Shown here one piece after another: positions 12,701 to 25,114 of a stretch of 64,000 bases of DNA. Origin of the DNA: Bugula neritina (taxonomy: Eukaryota > Animalia > Bryozoa); contig OZ037768.1 in the NCBI GenBank assembly GCA_964035545.1, forward strand, positions 12,184,741 to 12,248,740, read 5' to 3'. The notes beneath the pieces were generated by a model. It was not told where the DNA came from. It searched no databases and worked only from the letters and a program-made list of their open reading frames with translations. Both the position numbers and the translations under genes were made by a program. How positions within the stretch are numbered: the stretch's first letter is position 1; every line of letters begins with the position of its first letter.

Positions 12701-15700
12701 TACAAGTTTTCACCAGAAGAGAGTTGCTGTTATAACAAGCTGACTGTCTGCTAGCTGACTAATGCATGCTTATCAGAGGTTTTGTATTTACTTTAAAATG
12801 TATAATATTTACCTGTCGAATGTAGGAGTCCTCAAGTAAAATCTAGATAGTTGTTTGCCTAGTTGCTCGTAGCAATGCTTAAATAATATTATTCTTAATA
12901 TTATATTTGAATTGAATGCCTATATGATTCTGTGTGGAAATCTAATGAGTGGAAGCGGCAGCGTACTGTAGCAATATGGAGTGCGGCAGTACTGCTGTAG
13001 ATCATTAACATTGTATCTAGTTACTACATGTAATGCATTAAGAAAACAGCTCTATAATTATGTATTACAGCTAATGAAAGGCATTCTTCTGTAATATGTT
13101 TTTCTTGATAATGAACACTACCCCTCTTCAGTGATGGGCTATCAACTATATTTCTCGTGTTCAAACTGTTACTAGTTCACGTTAGAGTTAATGAAATAAA
13201 ATAGGGTCTCTTTGAAAGACAACTCCTAATATACCAGCCCTTTAATCCTCCATCAGTAGTCTAGAGAATTTCCACAGTTTAGTCCTATTATCTGATTAAG
13301 GACTGTATAAAGTCTAGGAACAGCTGCAGCAACAAGCTCTCCAGTTTCAAGTAAAATAATCTGAGGAAATTAGCTAACTTTAGAAAATAGCTGCTATTTA
13401 GTAACCTAACAAATTCTCTAGAAGCTATGCTAATATGTAGCCTCAGATAGAAGCTGTCATGCAAATTGTTTAAATTACGTTTACTAAGCCTAAAATTATG
13501 TGTCAAGTAGCAGATAAAAGCTATCTTAGTTTCAGACAAGCTGGCAGGTGAAGCTGCTACCCAGTAGATTCTGTACAAGGCTATGTGAAAAGAAGGGAGA
13601 AATAAATTTTTTTAAATAATTGAGTTAGCTTTATCATACATAGATACAATATTATATTATTAAATGAGCAATTTTATTTCCTTGTTGGTACCACAAAATT
13701 TTTTACCTGCTCTACAATAATTATCTTTGAACTTGGTTCATTGAATAAAAATATCCAAGCTGCAGAATATCTGCTAATGTCAAGAAATGATCAAGATTAG
13801 TTTACAATTTGAGTTTAGGCTTGGCAGTGAGAAAGAAAAAACTTTAGCTGTTAATTTATTTCATGCCCTGTAACCCTTAGCTTACTAGTGTTCCCAGTTA
13901 AGAATACCTAGCAATTATCTGAAATAATACTGCACTAGAAACTGAGACAATTAAATATGTTAGAAATTAAAATTCATCACAGTCCTAAGAGATAGTGTTG
14001 GTTTGATGTTATTATAGTGCTCCTTCTATATCTCACTAAATTTCATAGGTCACAAGAAGGGCTTGGACCCTTTTTCGTGGCTTGTGTATGTATGTATGGG
14101 GACAAAATGATATTCTAATATGTCGCAAATTGAGGTTTTGGGACCAGCAACTTAGGGAGATACGGAGGGAGCACTGTATTGATGGTTATGTTTATGATTG
14201 CACGAAATGTTTGCTGCCACAACTACCAGTTGCTGCCTCAGACCTTTCACTGAGCTGTCCCCATTAGGCAAAGCAGCGCTGCCATCCTACCATCGACTTA
14301 TCAAAGTAATCCTAGCTCTTGCCTATTAAGTTGCGTTTATACCTTCACGATTTTCGGTCAAAATTTCAATTTGGCCGGGTTGAAATTTCTCCGAGTTGCA
14401 TTGCATTGTAAAAGCCACTCGTTGAAATTTTTGTACTGTGATAACTTAATCGGCCAATTTTAGAATAGGAGTAATAACTCCTTGTAAACATCGTTATTTA
14501 GTTATTACTTTGGCGATTAGACAACGTACTTATACGGTTATAATTATATAGCCTACGCCTTCTCAATTATCGCTTTTATGCTTTCCGCTTCACTAATTCA
14601 CGACGTTTACAAAGGGCATCAAATAGCTATTATGCGAGTCAAAGTTCAATTTCAGAAAGTGAGCAACCGCATCAATATGATTTCAACGAGTTTAAGTTTG
14701 ACTATAAAGGGGTACCCGGAAAAGCATTATTAACTTAAACTCGGTACTTTTTTCAGCAGAGGTATAAACGCAACTTTATTCTAGTGAATCTGTTTCCACA
14801 GATCAAACCTCGGCAACAATTGAAATGTAATTTATATTATTCCGAGTAGTGATTACTTACCCTTAGTTACTCATGGTGCGTGCTCACTGGTTCATTCCTC
14901 AAACAGCTCTAACTTATCTGCCAGACCTGTGCATGTTATCTTACACCTTACCACAGCCTGGACATATAGCCTGGACCTATAGCTAGCCTACTACTTCATT
15001 TATCTTGAGTTTACTTTCAACTTCTTACCAACCTACTGATAAGTTCTTGTTATAAATACCTGCTTGCTTTCTATATAATATAACATTTTTTATCTCTTAG
15101 TAAATATTTCAGTCTCCTAGCAAGTTGTTATGTTTTGACACTCTAAATTAATGTACTTAGCTTACAATTTACTTTAAATGTTTTTCATCTTCTTTTAAAA
15201 GATAAAATATTATTTTGCAAACCCACGGTTTTAGAGTAGGTTGTTTGTATAACCATATTTCTACTGCATTACTGGATAATTATTTAATAACTATTAAATG
15301 CAACAAAGCAGCAAACTAGCTAATAGCAGAGGTTAGCTAATGGGTTACTGTGGATAGTGGTAGGTAGATCAACACCTCAAATGTGCAAAATCTGAAAATA
15401 GCAATATAACACATATGGGAAACAAGATTGCTAATGAATACTGTGAACTCCTGGTGCATACCATGTCTACCCAGCTAACATGTTATATAGGCAATCTAAT
15501 AGCTAGATACCAAATTTTCAGACCATACTGGGTAGGCCTCAATGTGAATGAATTTTGGAGTTGATGGGCTTAATTTTAACAGCCAATTATTATTTTTGAA
15601 AAACAAATTATTCTGTAAACATAATAAAATCGATTTATTGAATATTGTAGATAAAAACTTGCACCCACTGCATTTGCTATGTTTATAGACAAATTACTCT

Positions 15701-18700
15701 CAGCTTGTTGTCCAGTTTAATATTTATAGTCATGGATAATTTTATTTACCACCAGCTTTTTGTTTCAACATTTTAATTTCTTAATTTTAAAGCTGCTGAA
15801 TTATTTTAAGGTATCACAATCAATCAAATGCTATATTTTCTATAGAAGTTTCTCCTTGATAATCTGTTTTAGTATCAAATATTTTGCTCGCTGCCCTTCA
15901 GAGCTTTCAAATGCAATCGCTGCCTTTTGGATGAAACCGATTCAAGTATGACTCGACCTTTAGTTCATAATGCTCACTCACCACAAAACTCTTACACTAT
16001 TGAAACAATCACCAACTCTGATGTACATGTAAGTATGTTACCCACTTGGCTTTTTTTGCTGCCAACTTTTTGTCCCTGGCAGACTTTGATTTGAGTGGTG
16101 CTGACAGCAGGGATCAAAAGTGTATTGTATGAGAATGCTATGTTATAGCCATAAAGTTTCATTATATTATATGAAGCAGAAAAAAATGTCTTGATTTTCC
16201 CATTGTACTTGGTTGGGTTGAACGCCCTCATTATCTCCCTCCACATTGTATAACTATGTAATATGGCTGGTTAATAGGAGTAGCTCGAGACAAACAGCAA
16301 TTACAGGCAATTTTCAAGAGGCTTATCTGCAAAGTTCATTGAAGGTTGTTTGCTTTTCTCACAGACAGGGGTATAAAATTCCAACAATATTACTGCTCAA
16401 TAGATGTGTATATCTACATTATATTTCCATTAGCAACAACATGTGCCATACAAATGCATAAAGGACAACTCCCAGTGAAACAAAATTTATTGCCTTTGAA
16501 ACCAATACCTGTTTTTCCATACATTTTTCCCCATTTACAATCAATCTACAGGTTGTTTCGTATGTTTCATGCGGATTTTAATGCTATGGCAGCTAGCCTT
16601 AAAAAATGTTTTTCATTATTAGATATTGTGCTTACCTAAACTATTTTACTCAAGGCTAATTTTGCAAATGGCCAATGCTTATGGTTCTCTATTAAACTTG
16701 TATTTGCTTTATGCAGCTTGCCAACTCTATCATATCTCATTGCTCACAAAGTTAAAATGTTAGTTCTTATCTCATGTCATTGATGGTTACAAATTAAACA
16801 AAGCTGGGACTCACAATAAACCACTTAGCTTTGTATTGCCTATGACTTTGCTGTTATTAGACAAACATTCAAGAAGCTGTTGAATCAAGAGATCTGCTCA
16901 GACTCCAGACCCCCTTCTACGCCCCTGGCTGCATCATGTACATCACCTCTGCATCTAACATTGATGATAGGTAATTGTATACATGTGCTAGAGTGAGAAG
17001 GGAAGTCACACACCTTAGTGCTTGTTTATAAGAGCAATTGAAAGCTGTTGTGGGCCTCTCTCCCCAAGACATGGCTTTAAGAACTTCAAAGTAATAATAA
17101 AGTAACATTGACAGAATGTTCTTCTCCACTTGACTATAATAATATTCCACAGAACCTGGTGCAGTGTGTGCCATGCTCAAGGCCAAGGCTATGTTCATTG
17201 AACCATAAAGGCATAAAAAGTTTTTTATGTAGTTTTGAAAATGCTTTCATTGTTTAGTCTTTCATATATTTATGGGTAATTATTAAACTTAACTGGAAAT
17301 TAGCTGTGTAATAATATTCATCACTCATATGTTGGCTGTAAAACTTCTGCTCTTGCCAAGAGTTGACCCCAGACTCTAACTTGCCTGCTAACCATTACGC
17401 TATATCTCTCTCAACACTACGTTGGCAATTTATATTATAGTTTTATAGACTGCTTTAATAACAGAAAAAGCATCGTAACATGTATAGTTATGTGAGATAA
17501 AGCCCAGTTATTGATATTAAAATATCATGAATAGTTTCCTGTAGTTTACTAATTCATAGAAAATTCTAAAAATCCAGACTGTGACAGTCAACTAGTAGTA
17601 GTATTCTAGACATGTTTACAACTAGTAGTAATATTCTAGACATGTATACAACTAGTAGTAGTATTCTAGACATGTTTACAACTAGTAGTAGTATTCTAGA
17701 CATGTATACAACTAGTAGTAGTATTCTAGACATGTTTACAACTAGTAGTAGTATTCTAGACATGTATACAACTAGTAGTAGTATTCTAGACATGTATACA
17801 ACTAGTAGTAATATTCTAGACATGTATGTAACTAGTAGTAATATTCTAGATATGTATATAACTACTAGTAATATTCTAGACATGTATGTAACTAGTAGTA
17901 GTATTCTAGACATGTATATAACTACTAGTAGTATTCTAGACATGTATACAACTAGTAGTAGTATTCTAGACATGTATACAACTAGTAGTAGTATTCTAGA
18001 CATGTATACAACTAGTAGTAGTATTCTAGACATGTATACAACTAGTAGTAGTAATATTCTAGACATGTATACAGCTAGTAGTAGTATTCTAGACATGTAT
18101 GTAACTAGTAGTAATATTCTAGACATGTATATAACTACTAGTAGTATTCTAGACATGTATATAACTAGTAGTAGTATTCTAGACATGTGTACAACTAGTA
18201 GTAGTATTCTAGACATGTATACAACTAGTAGTAGTATTCTAGACATGTATACAACTAGTAGTAGTATTCTAGACATGTATACAACTAGTAGTAGTAATAT
18301 TCTAGACATGTATGTAACTAGTAGTAATATTCTAGACATGCGTTAGCAGTCCTATAGTTTAAGCTTTAGTCGTAAACATATTATGTAGCTAAATTGACCG
18401 TCTTCATATTCAGTGGTAAACTTGATACAAGCAGTAATTATCACATTCTGGCTTACATTTTAGAATTGAGAATAATAAAATCAATTAGAAAATTATTTAC
18501 CCCATCTTCACTCTATTGAAATATATTAGAAGTTATCTTCCATATGTAAGAAATTGATTTTTGTAAGTCAAATTTTTTTTGTATTGATGTTGTGAAAATA
18601 AAAGTGTTCATGTTCTTATTCTCTATTTTTTATTATATTTTATGTAGGCCATGTTGTTCTTCCGAGGAAGAGTATACATGGAGGTGGGCTGGCCAATCAG

Positions 18701-18837
18701 AATTCTTGTTTCTTAAAGTCACTCCTAGAATGGGCGCAGATCACATGCCTAACAATGTTCTTAATGCTCTCACCAAACTGCTCTCTGATACTCCTGACTC
18801 AATCATAGTTGAAAGTCAGCCAACTCTAAATACTTAA
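3707..18837 (+). CDS. DAGLB: Diacylglycerol lipase beta-like (4 TM + lipase class 3 domain), complete, 14 coding exons, 671 aa
   Basis: Exons: 3707-3801, 4424-4577, 4690-4900, 5259-5422, 6327-6456, 6666-6831, 7652-7778, 8096-8179, 8364-8516, 8759-8892, 9256-9397, 15873-16028, 16861-16970, 18648-18837. All GT-AG and phase-consistent, 2016 nt in total. Motifs: MPALTAFKRQWNIGSDDFVFPG, DLVPSDIAAGL, AAYGWP, AIRGTLS, AHKGM, GHSLGGG (catalytic Ser), FSPPGG, GDDLVPR (Asp), PFYAPG, DHMP (His). The short C-terminus favours beta over alpha. Confidence 0.93.
5668..6091. mobile_element. Foldback/MITE with ~170-bp inverted arms (DAGLB intron 4)
   Basis: ggtcattttacttaatttagtacacactggatatcttcagtttttagctatttttcacaattt... 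is mirrored by ...aaattgtgaaaaatagctaaaaactgaagatatccagtgtgtactaaattaagtaaaatgatcc. Confidence 0.85.
12143..12442 (-). CDS. Candidate small single-pass membrane protein (80-99 aa), antisense in DAGLB intron 11
   Basis: ORF has a basic stretch, a ~20-aa hydrophobic segment (LAYILVLYSLILTIVFAMFGW) and an amphipathic/coiled C-terminus. An internal ATG has good context (agcATGG), a possible upstream acceptor sits near 12507, and AATAAA follows the stop directly. No family recognised. Confidence 0.45.
   Translation of the reverse strand: MKHRVILDLDSIAFRYKYSMAVSEKKLLMDMENSGTEFHIQQKKLSIYRNLAYILVLYSLILTIVFAMFGWTFIDEKVQNERTILQLKELLTSLKANIN
14328..14776. mobile_element. MITE with 17-bp TIRs
   Basis: aagttgcgtttatacct ... 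aggtataaacgcaactt are a perfect inverted pair. A diverged copy lies at ~56955-57297. Confidence 0.85.
17590..18340. repeat. 30-bp minisatellite (~25 copies, occasional +3 units)
   Basis: Unit actagtagtagtattctagacatgtataca, in the last DAGLB intron. It explains ORFs 17566-18339 and 17612-18346. Confidence 0.97.
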
Positions 18838-19882
18838 ATATCCAGTTTATGTTATTTCTATCCTGGTCGGTGCTATTTTTATACAATGTGCTTACACTTT
18901 AATCACTGGTTTACTGTATAACAGTTTATTTAGAATTTTCTAGTGCCCTATATATCAAACATTGTACGTGTGTGTTATTATGTACGTTTTTATTTATATT
19001 AACAGTTGATTAATAGGTATGCGGCTTTTATAATTAACTCACTCTGTCTCATTGCTCTTCCTTACATATTGATGCTATTTTTTTATTCTTGACTTTATAA
19101 TCAAAATATTAATTTTCTTTGCAGATGGTTTTTGTTTACTCCTTTCTAACTTTGGTGGAACCGTTCACGCAATATACTAATATATGCAATAGCATGCTGT
19201 ACCAGGAAATCTGGAAATTGTTTTCAAACTGACACAGCATAAGGAACTAGTGTCATTTAGACTGAATGATAGAAAAATAGTAACAAGTATAGTTTGGTAG
19301 TTTGGAGCCCTGCAAAACATATATAACTTACATGACTTGTGTTTGTATGTTATATTGATATTTGCATTTTGATGTTGATGAAAAGGCATAGTTTCATAAA
19401 TTCAATATATTTTATTTAAAAAGAAATTTTAATGGATAAACTCACAAGGTAAAGATGCCAGTTTTCCAAAAAAATTGTTTATAATAACTCATATTTATTC
19501 ATACACTATAGTTAGTATTAGTTCATTAGTCTGCCTATATTGGCTATGAGGAAGTGGTTCAGAAAATAAAGAAACAATATAGTTTAAAATTATGGATAAG
19601 AGAGATTTTAAACAACCAAAACATGCTATAGATGAACTTCAATAAAGGGGCTAACAGAGCACATATATTTTCATGCTTTAGTCAAGAAGCATTTAAATGC
19701 TGGAAGATGGAAATAGAAAAAGAGAAACCTTAATAATTCTATCAAAATGTCACAGAGAAGTTTCCAGATAGGATAGGAGCATCTGTTAACTGTGCAGTTC
19801 ATCTACACATTAGATAGTATTAGCTGTAGTATAGAATGGCTTGTGTAGAATATCTAAAATCCATCTGAATTGAGCTCTAACC

Positions 19883-20927
19883 TCATTCATTTTTCTGAAC
19901 ACAGCAACAGAAAAACTTCAAAATTCTATTTTTTCGATTTTGGTGTGTGACCGGTTCTTGAACAGATTCAAACTCTGCAAAATATAGTTTCTATGTGACA
20001 CATATATAATAATCACTTCTTCACTAACAATGAACTTCTGGCTGAATTAAGAATACTTACCATTATGAGCTTCAATAGATGCTTTAACAGAAGGTGGTGG
20101 TTGTGTCTCCTTGATTGATGGGCTGATTATGTTGAGAGAGTCTCCACAGGCTACTAACATTTCGTTACATTTCGTTACATTCTGCAGAATATATCAAATG
20201 TGTTGCAGTGTGTAATTGTTGGTTTAGAATCAATATTTTAAATTTGTCATAAACTATCTACTAATTTTTTGTTGACAATAGGAATTTCTTGTCGTTTGCC
20301 TATAAATTTTCCTTATTAATGAGCATTGCCAATTAGATATATTAAAACTTTTGTGGATGGATAAAATTGATGAGCTCAATAGGCCCATACTTGTAAACCA
20401 AAACTTTAATGATAATATATTTTAGATATTACTTCAAACATGGACAAGCTGTTAGAATTACATATTATATTTCTATTAACATTTTGCATTCCTCCACATC
20501 TAGTTTCTTTACAACCATTCATTAGCTTTAACATTTACCAGACACACCAGACAAAAGTTTTCCCTCATTAGTTTTTCGGTTCTGAGCAGAACCTTGTTTC
20601 ACAGATCTGTTCTCCTTAACAGCATTTTTTACATTTTGTACAGCAAAAGTTGTGATTCTTACTTTATGAAGGTTACAAATTGCTCTACAAAAAGAATAGA
20701 TATTGCTTATCATCACAACCAATGATTCCTTTAAAGGCAACCAGTAGATAGTTGGCTGCTGTTTCATTCACTGAAATAAATGTGTCTTGCATTTGATTTT
20801 TTGCTAATTCCAGTTTCATATTTTGGTGTGATAGTGCTTTAATCATGCCATGAGTGGTTTGCATCCTCTTTTAACTAAAACCTTTGAGGGGCTTGATAAT
20901 TTTGCAATGCTCAATGTCAGTGTTTGC
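19883..20927 (-). pseudogene. 3' exons of an unidentified, apparently disabled spliced gene
   Basis: Minus-strand exons with canonical sites: one ending at 20539 (G|gtaaat), 20181-20061 (cag|...G|gtaag), and terminal 19974-19883 (EFESVQEPVTHQNRKNRILKFFCCCVQKNE*). A 10-bp tandem duplication at 20161-20180 creates a stop, and a 1-bp frameshift is implied near 20690. Confidence 0.55.
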
Positions 20928-21051
20928 TGCAACATCGAAATGCAAATGATACAATGTGGAAACTTATGGTAAAGATAGTACAAAGTGACATCGTAGAGCC
21001 ATGTAAAGATTCAAACTTAATGTAATATATTGGAAAAGAAAAGGAGAGTAG

Positions 21052-21513
21052 TTAATTAAACATACGCATAATTATCTTTGAACGAAGGTCAAGTTTGTGT
21101 ATTTTAGGGCGAGCTCCAGTTCCTTCAAACGCTTTTAGGAAGTCCTTCAGCTTGATTGGCTTTAAGGCTTGGTAAGATAAAGGAGCTTTTCTTCTGGAAT
21201 TCTTCTCTGGTTCTTGCTGATCTTTTGGATGCGGAGGGGGAACTGATATGTTTGTAGAGGACCTCCGGTGCCAGCAAACACCCGCACATCCGCACTCATT
21301 CCAGGGCCATGTTTCATTATTCTCACTCAGTTGGTTTTTGACTTCATTTTGTTTGCCTGAGCCCAAATCTTTATAAACCAGAGTTTTGTCAAGATTTGCA
21401 ACAGCTGAGAAATTATTTGGTGTAACTTCACAAGAACACAATGGAGTGTGTGTTGAAAGCACCTCTGCTTTCTTTGAATCATTCTCCTTTTTGTCTTTGC
21501 TGCTACCAAACAA
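21052..21513 (-). other. Orphan 153-codon open frame, cut at its 5' side by a repeat insertion
   Basis: Stop-free and more GC-rich than its flanks, with no ATG start. It abuts the element at 21522. Origin (TE fragment or exon) unknown. Confidence 0.35.
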
Positions 21514-21521
21514 GATTTTAT

Positions 21522-21810
21522 AGGTAATAATGGCACAGGTAAAAATGACACAGATAATAATGGCACAAATAAAAAAGTAGGTAAAACTGGCACACTTATA
21601 TTAAATACTTCCAAACCCCAAACCCCAAAAACCCCGCCCGAATCATATAATAATCTTCCACCCCAAAACTCCAACACAAACGCAACCGCCCAAACCCCAA
21701 CATTGAAAATGTATCATTTTTACCCACTTTTCCATTTGTGCCATTATTACCGGTGTCATTTTTACCTGATTACTGATGCTATTTTTACGCACCGTTTTTA
21801 CGGGACACCA
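21522..21810. mobile_element. Non-autonomous element with inverted subterminal repeats and an AAACCCC core
   Basis: ggtaataatggcaca/ggtaaaaatgacac units are mirrored by tgtgccattattacc/gtgtcatttttacc around aaaccccaaacccc repeats. Confidence 0.75.
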
Positions 21811-24800
21811 CCAAATAAATATTCAATAATTCAACACCATTATTTAAAAGTATTTGATGTTGCATTGAGTTGTACTATATTATAACACTCAACATGTAAA
21901 AAGTCTTCAGTATTCAATTTTATAATTGAACTACCAACATCTCAGTATTAATAGATTCACAGAAAATATGTCTGTATGAAACTTATTCTAACTGTTGGAC
22001 TCTGCCTTGGCTGCTCAGAGCTTTCTTTCTCAGCCGAGAATATTGTTTAATGACTAGTCCAAGCTAAATAAAGTTATACAATATCACCTCCCACTTACTG
22101 TAATAAATAATTATCAAACTCAATTAGCTAAATATTTTCCAATAGTGAACTACAGCGAAATTTAAAAAAAATTAAAGCAAAGACATCATATGTATAACAT
22201 TGTCAAATGATAATAATAACAGGAAATTATGTAGCTTGTTATTATCTTTATTGGAGAATAAATCTTACCAGTATAACTCCACTGTCAGGTGAGTGGAAAT
22301 CAGCAGGTGAATCAGATAGCAGAGGAAAATTACAAACATATTTGAATTGAAATTATCAAATATAATCAATATAATGAAAAAATCATGAGAATTCTACATT
22401 TAGTAGCAGCAATAAACTGTTATTTTGTAAACTCAGTAGACACTCAATTAAGGCATCGTTGCGTCACTCATTATATCATCATTCATTATTGAACGTTTTT
22501 TGAATATTTTGTTTTGCTATGTTAACAGCCTAACTAAGTAATTGTAATAATAGAAGACTGAAATGTCTAGATTTAAATGAAGTAAGAAGTTGTAGTGTGC
22601 TAATTTCTTCTCAAAATTTCCCTCTTTGCATATTTAAAAAGAAATATTTTCTAGCTAGATTTATATTGCAGTTTTAGCCAATAATACAATCAACCTTGTG
22701 AAAAGTATAGTTTCAAACAAGCTTTGACTTGTACATCTGCAATACGTGAATCTGAAATATAATTGCATCTGTTAGGCCGTGTCTTTTCAACTCAGATGAC
22801 TTTGTTGAAACATAAAATTAGAGTTTTGAAAGATTTTTGCAGCTGAGGTGGACACCTTTGTTAACATAGTAACAAAATATGCAGAAATAGTATGTTGACT
22901 ACAATACTAGATAGTTGCATATTCAACAGAACTGAATTTATTGTGCTGACTATAAATGTTACCGTTTAATGATTTCATCAGCCCAAGTAACCAGAGTGTG
23001 TTATTGTAGTCTGGTTAGTAAATAGTAAGACTTACTGCAAATGAAATATTATAGTCAGTAATTGCTTTTGGGAAATGTATCCTTCTGGTGATGGAACTAC
23101 TTCAGCAGCTCTATAGAGTTGAACATAAATTATTTGATATAAATTTACAGCTTTTTATGTTTTACTAGCCAAATCTTAAACTACCTAAATTTGTATAGTA
23201 TGTTTTATGAGCACAACTTAGTCATCTTTATAGTAGAACTCACATCAAATTGAAGTTGCCTTCCTACTTCATAATTCTGTACTGTATAAATTACACTAAA
23301 TATGCAATTTATTTTCACGAAGCATAAAAATGGTCGTTTAATATACATGGTGTAGGTGTTGTTAAGCAAAGCACAAACAGAGACATTCTCTCTTGACATC
23401 TCTAGTTGGCTAGTAAACATGGTATGGTGTCTGAGAGCTAAGCACAATTGTAGCTCTCAATAAGGGTAGTACTAAACACACTAGCTGTGACGCCCTCTTT
23501 CTAAGTTGTCTGCCCCTGTATAGGCACATGCCCTCATTGATGATGGTTAAAGTTTAAATGTTGCTCCGATGGCAAAAAATGTGTCGAGGGGGGGGGGGGG
23601 GTATTACTACACAGCTCTAGTATTTGCGTAGCCAGTTTTCAAGTTCAACTCTATCTCTTTAACCTCTACTTCTTTTGAATCCTCCATTCTCATCGTCTTA
23701 GACAATAAGCACAGCGTTTTGGTGTTACATCTGGAATATCTAGGTAATGCTTATTCAAATTCAATGTTCTTGTTCCTTTATCATCTACCTTATCTAGGTC
23801 TATGTTGTCTTTTATCAGCTTTTTAATTACTTCTGTTATATCCTCTGAGAAATTCATATTCGTATCTATAGATTGGGATCCTGCAGCATTAATAATACTT
23901 GTTTTTGCTACTCACTCCAACATGCAACTGCGAGCTCACACTATCCTTACTACAGGTACATTAGAACTAGAGCTTGCTCAAATGTGATGAAATATGTACA
24001 TAAAGTAAATAACCAACCTCAATGGATAGTGACAACAATAATTGTGACACCAGAAAATAGGCAAAAGTTTTTAAATGTGAAGAAGTTTTAGGAAATCAAA
24101 TGAAAAACATAGCTGTAATTATCGTCTATTGTGCTTACTGGTTAGCTAACTTCAAGTTGACACATAGAAGACTTGTGACAAGTACCACAATAAAATAATG
24201 CACTGTATGCTTTATATTTATGCTATTGATTAGTATTTTGACTGCTATGCATTAGTATAGCCAGTTATTACTATAATAATATATACTTTGGAAATAGTTT
24301 TTGTTTGCATAAAATGTTTGTGCTTGTAAATATAGATCTTACATTATTTTATATTGCATGATAAATTTTTACAAAATTATTTAAGTCAATATAATATGCT
24401 AACCTATAGCAGTAATATAGCTGTGTCATTGCGTGTGCTTCAACAGTGGTGGGTTGTGCTTCAAAAGAAGCCGGGCTAATCTATTTGTAACTTAATGTTT
24501 GCCCTTGCACACTTCGAAAATTACCGACAAAACAAAACAAATAGATTCAATTTAAATTGTTACAAATAGTTAAATCAACTCAAATATATGTGCATAGCAA
24601 TATTTAAATAATTGTGCTTATCATATGATATAATATGTGGTGTTAATGAATGTATTATTGTAGGCTATGCATAATTTATGCATATATTATTCAGCGCAGC
24701 AATTAAACTTACATTTAAACATTCTACTGTTTTTAAGTGCTTCACATGTGATTGCTTGAATGCTCTAGAGTTTATAGTCTAAACTCTAGTCTCTAGAGTC

Positions 24801-24879
24801 TAGTAAATAAAGAATACTCAATGGGCTCATCCGGAGCAGCTGCAGTTTGCACAGCAAAACACATCACAAGAATATTATT

Positions 24880-24992
24880 ACCACGTGATTTTGATTGCCC
24901 ACTCAGATTTAAGCGCACGTGTGTTCCGTTTAGTGCAGTTATCTAATCATTGCGCACGTGCATAATTTCGATTTAAAAGGCAGCGGAAAATC
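24880..24992 (+). promoter_or_regulatory. MOV10L1 proximal promoter: three CACGTG E-boxes and a GCGGAAA E2F-like site
   Basis: CACGTG at 24882, 24916 and 24955 (two preceded by GCG), and gcggaaaa at ~24983, 130-230 bp upstream of the ATG in otherwise CpG-poor DNA. Confidence 0.55.
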
Positions 24993-25114
24993 AAATTAAT
25001 ATAAGACTAAGACTGCAAGATTAAGTATCAGTATATGGTGAACCTAATAACTAATGTCTTTTCTCCTGCATTTATATTTATATAAACTAATCATTGATTT
25101 TTACCAACACAAAC

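Noticed and set aside
12159-14267. ORFs 12159-12449 (+), 13288-13578 (-) and 14082-14267 (+) as DAGLB exons or genes
   Set aside because: DAGLB splices 9397 to 15873 in phase at the expected length. These ORFs have no motifs, and the first is the antisense shadow of 12143-12442.
17566-18346. 257-aa and 244-aa ORFs; CRISPR-like periodicity
   Set aside because: Pure tandem repeat with no unique spacers, in a eukaryotic intron. The ORFs follow from the 30-bp unit.
21327-21885. 116-aa hydrophobic ORF (21327-21677) and ORF 21703-21885
   Set aside because: Derived from the repeat element at 21522-21810.
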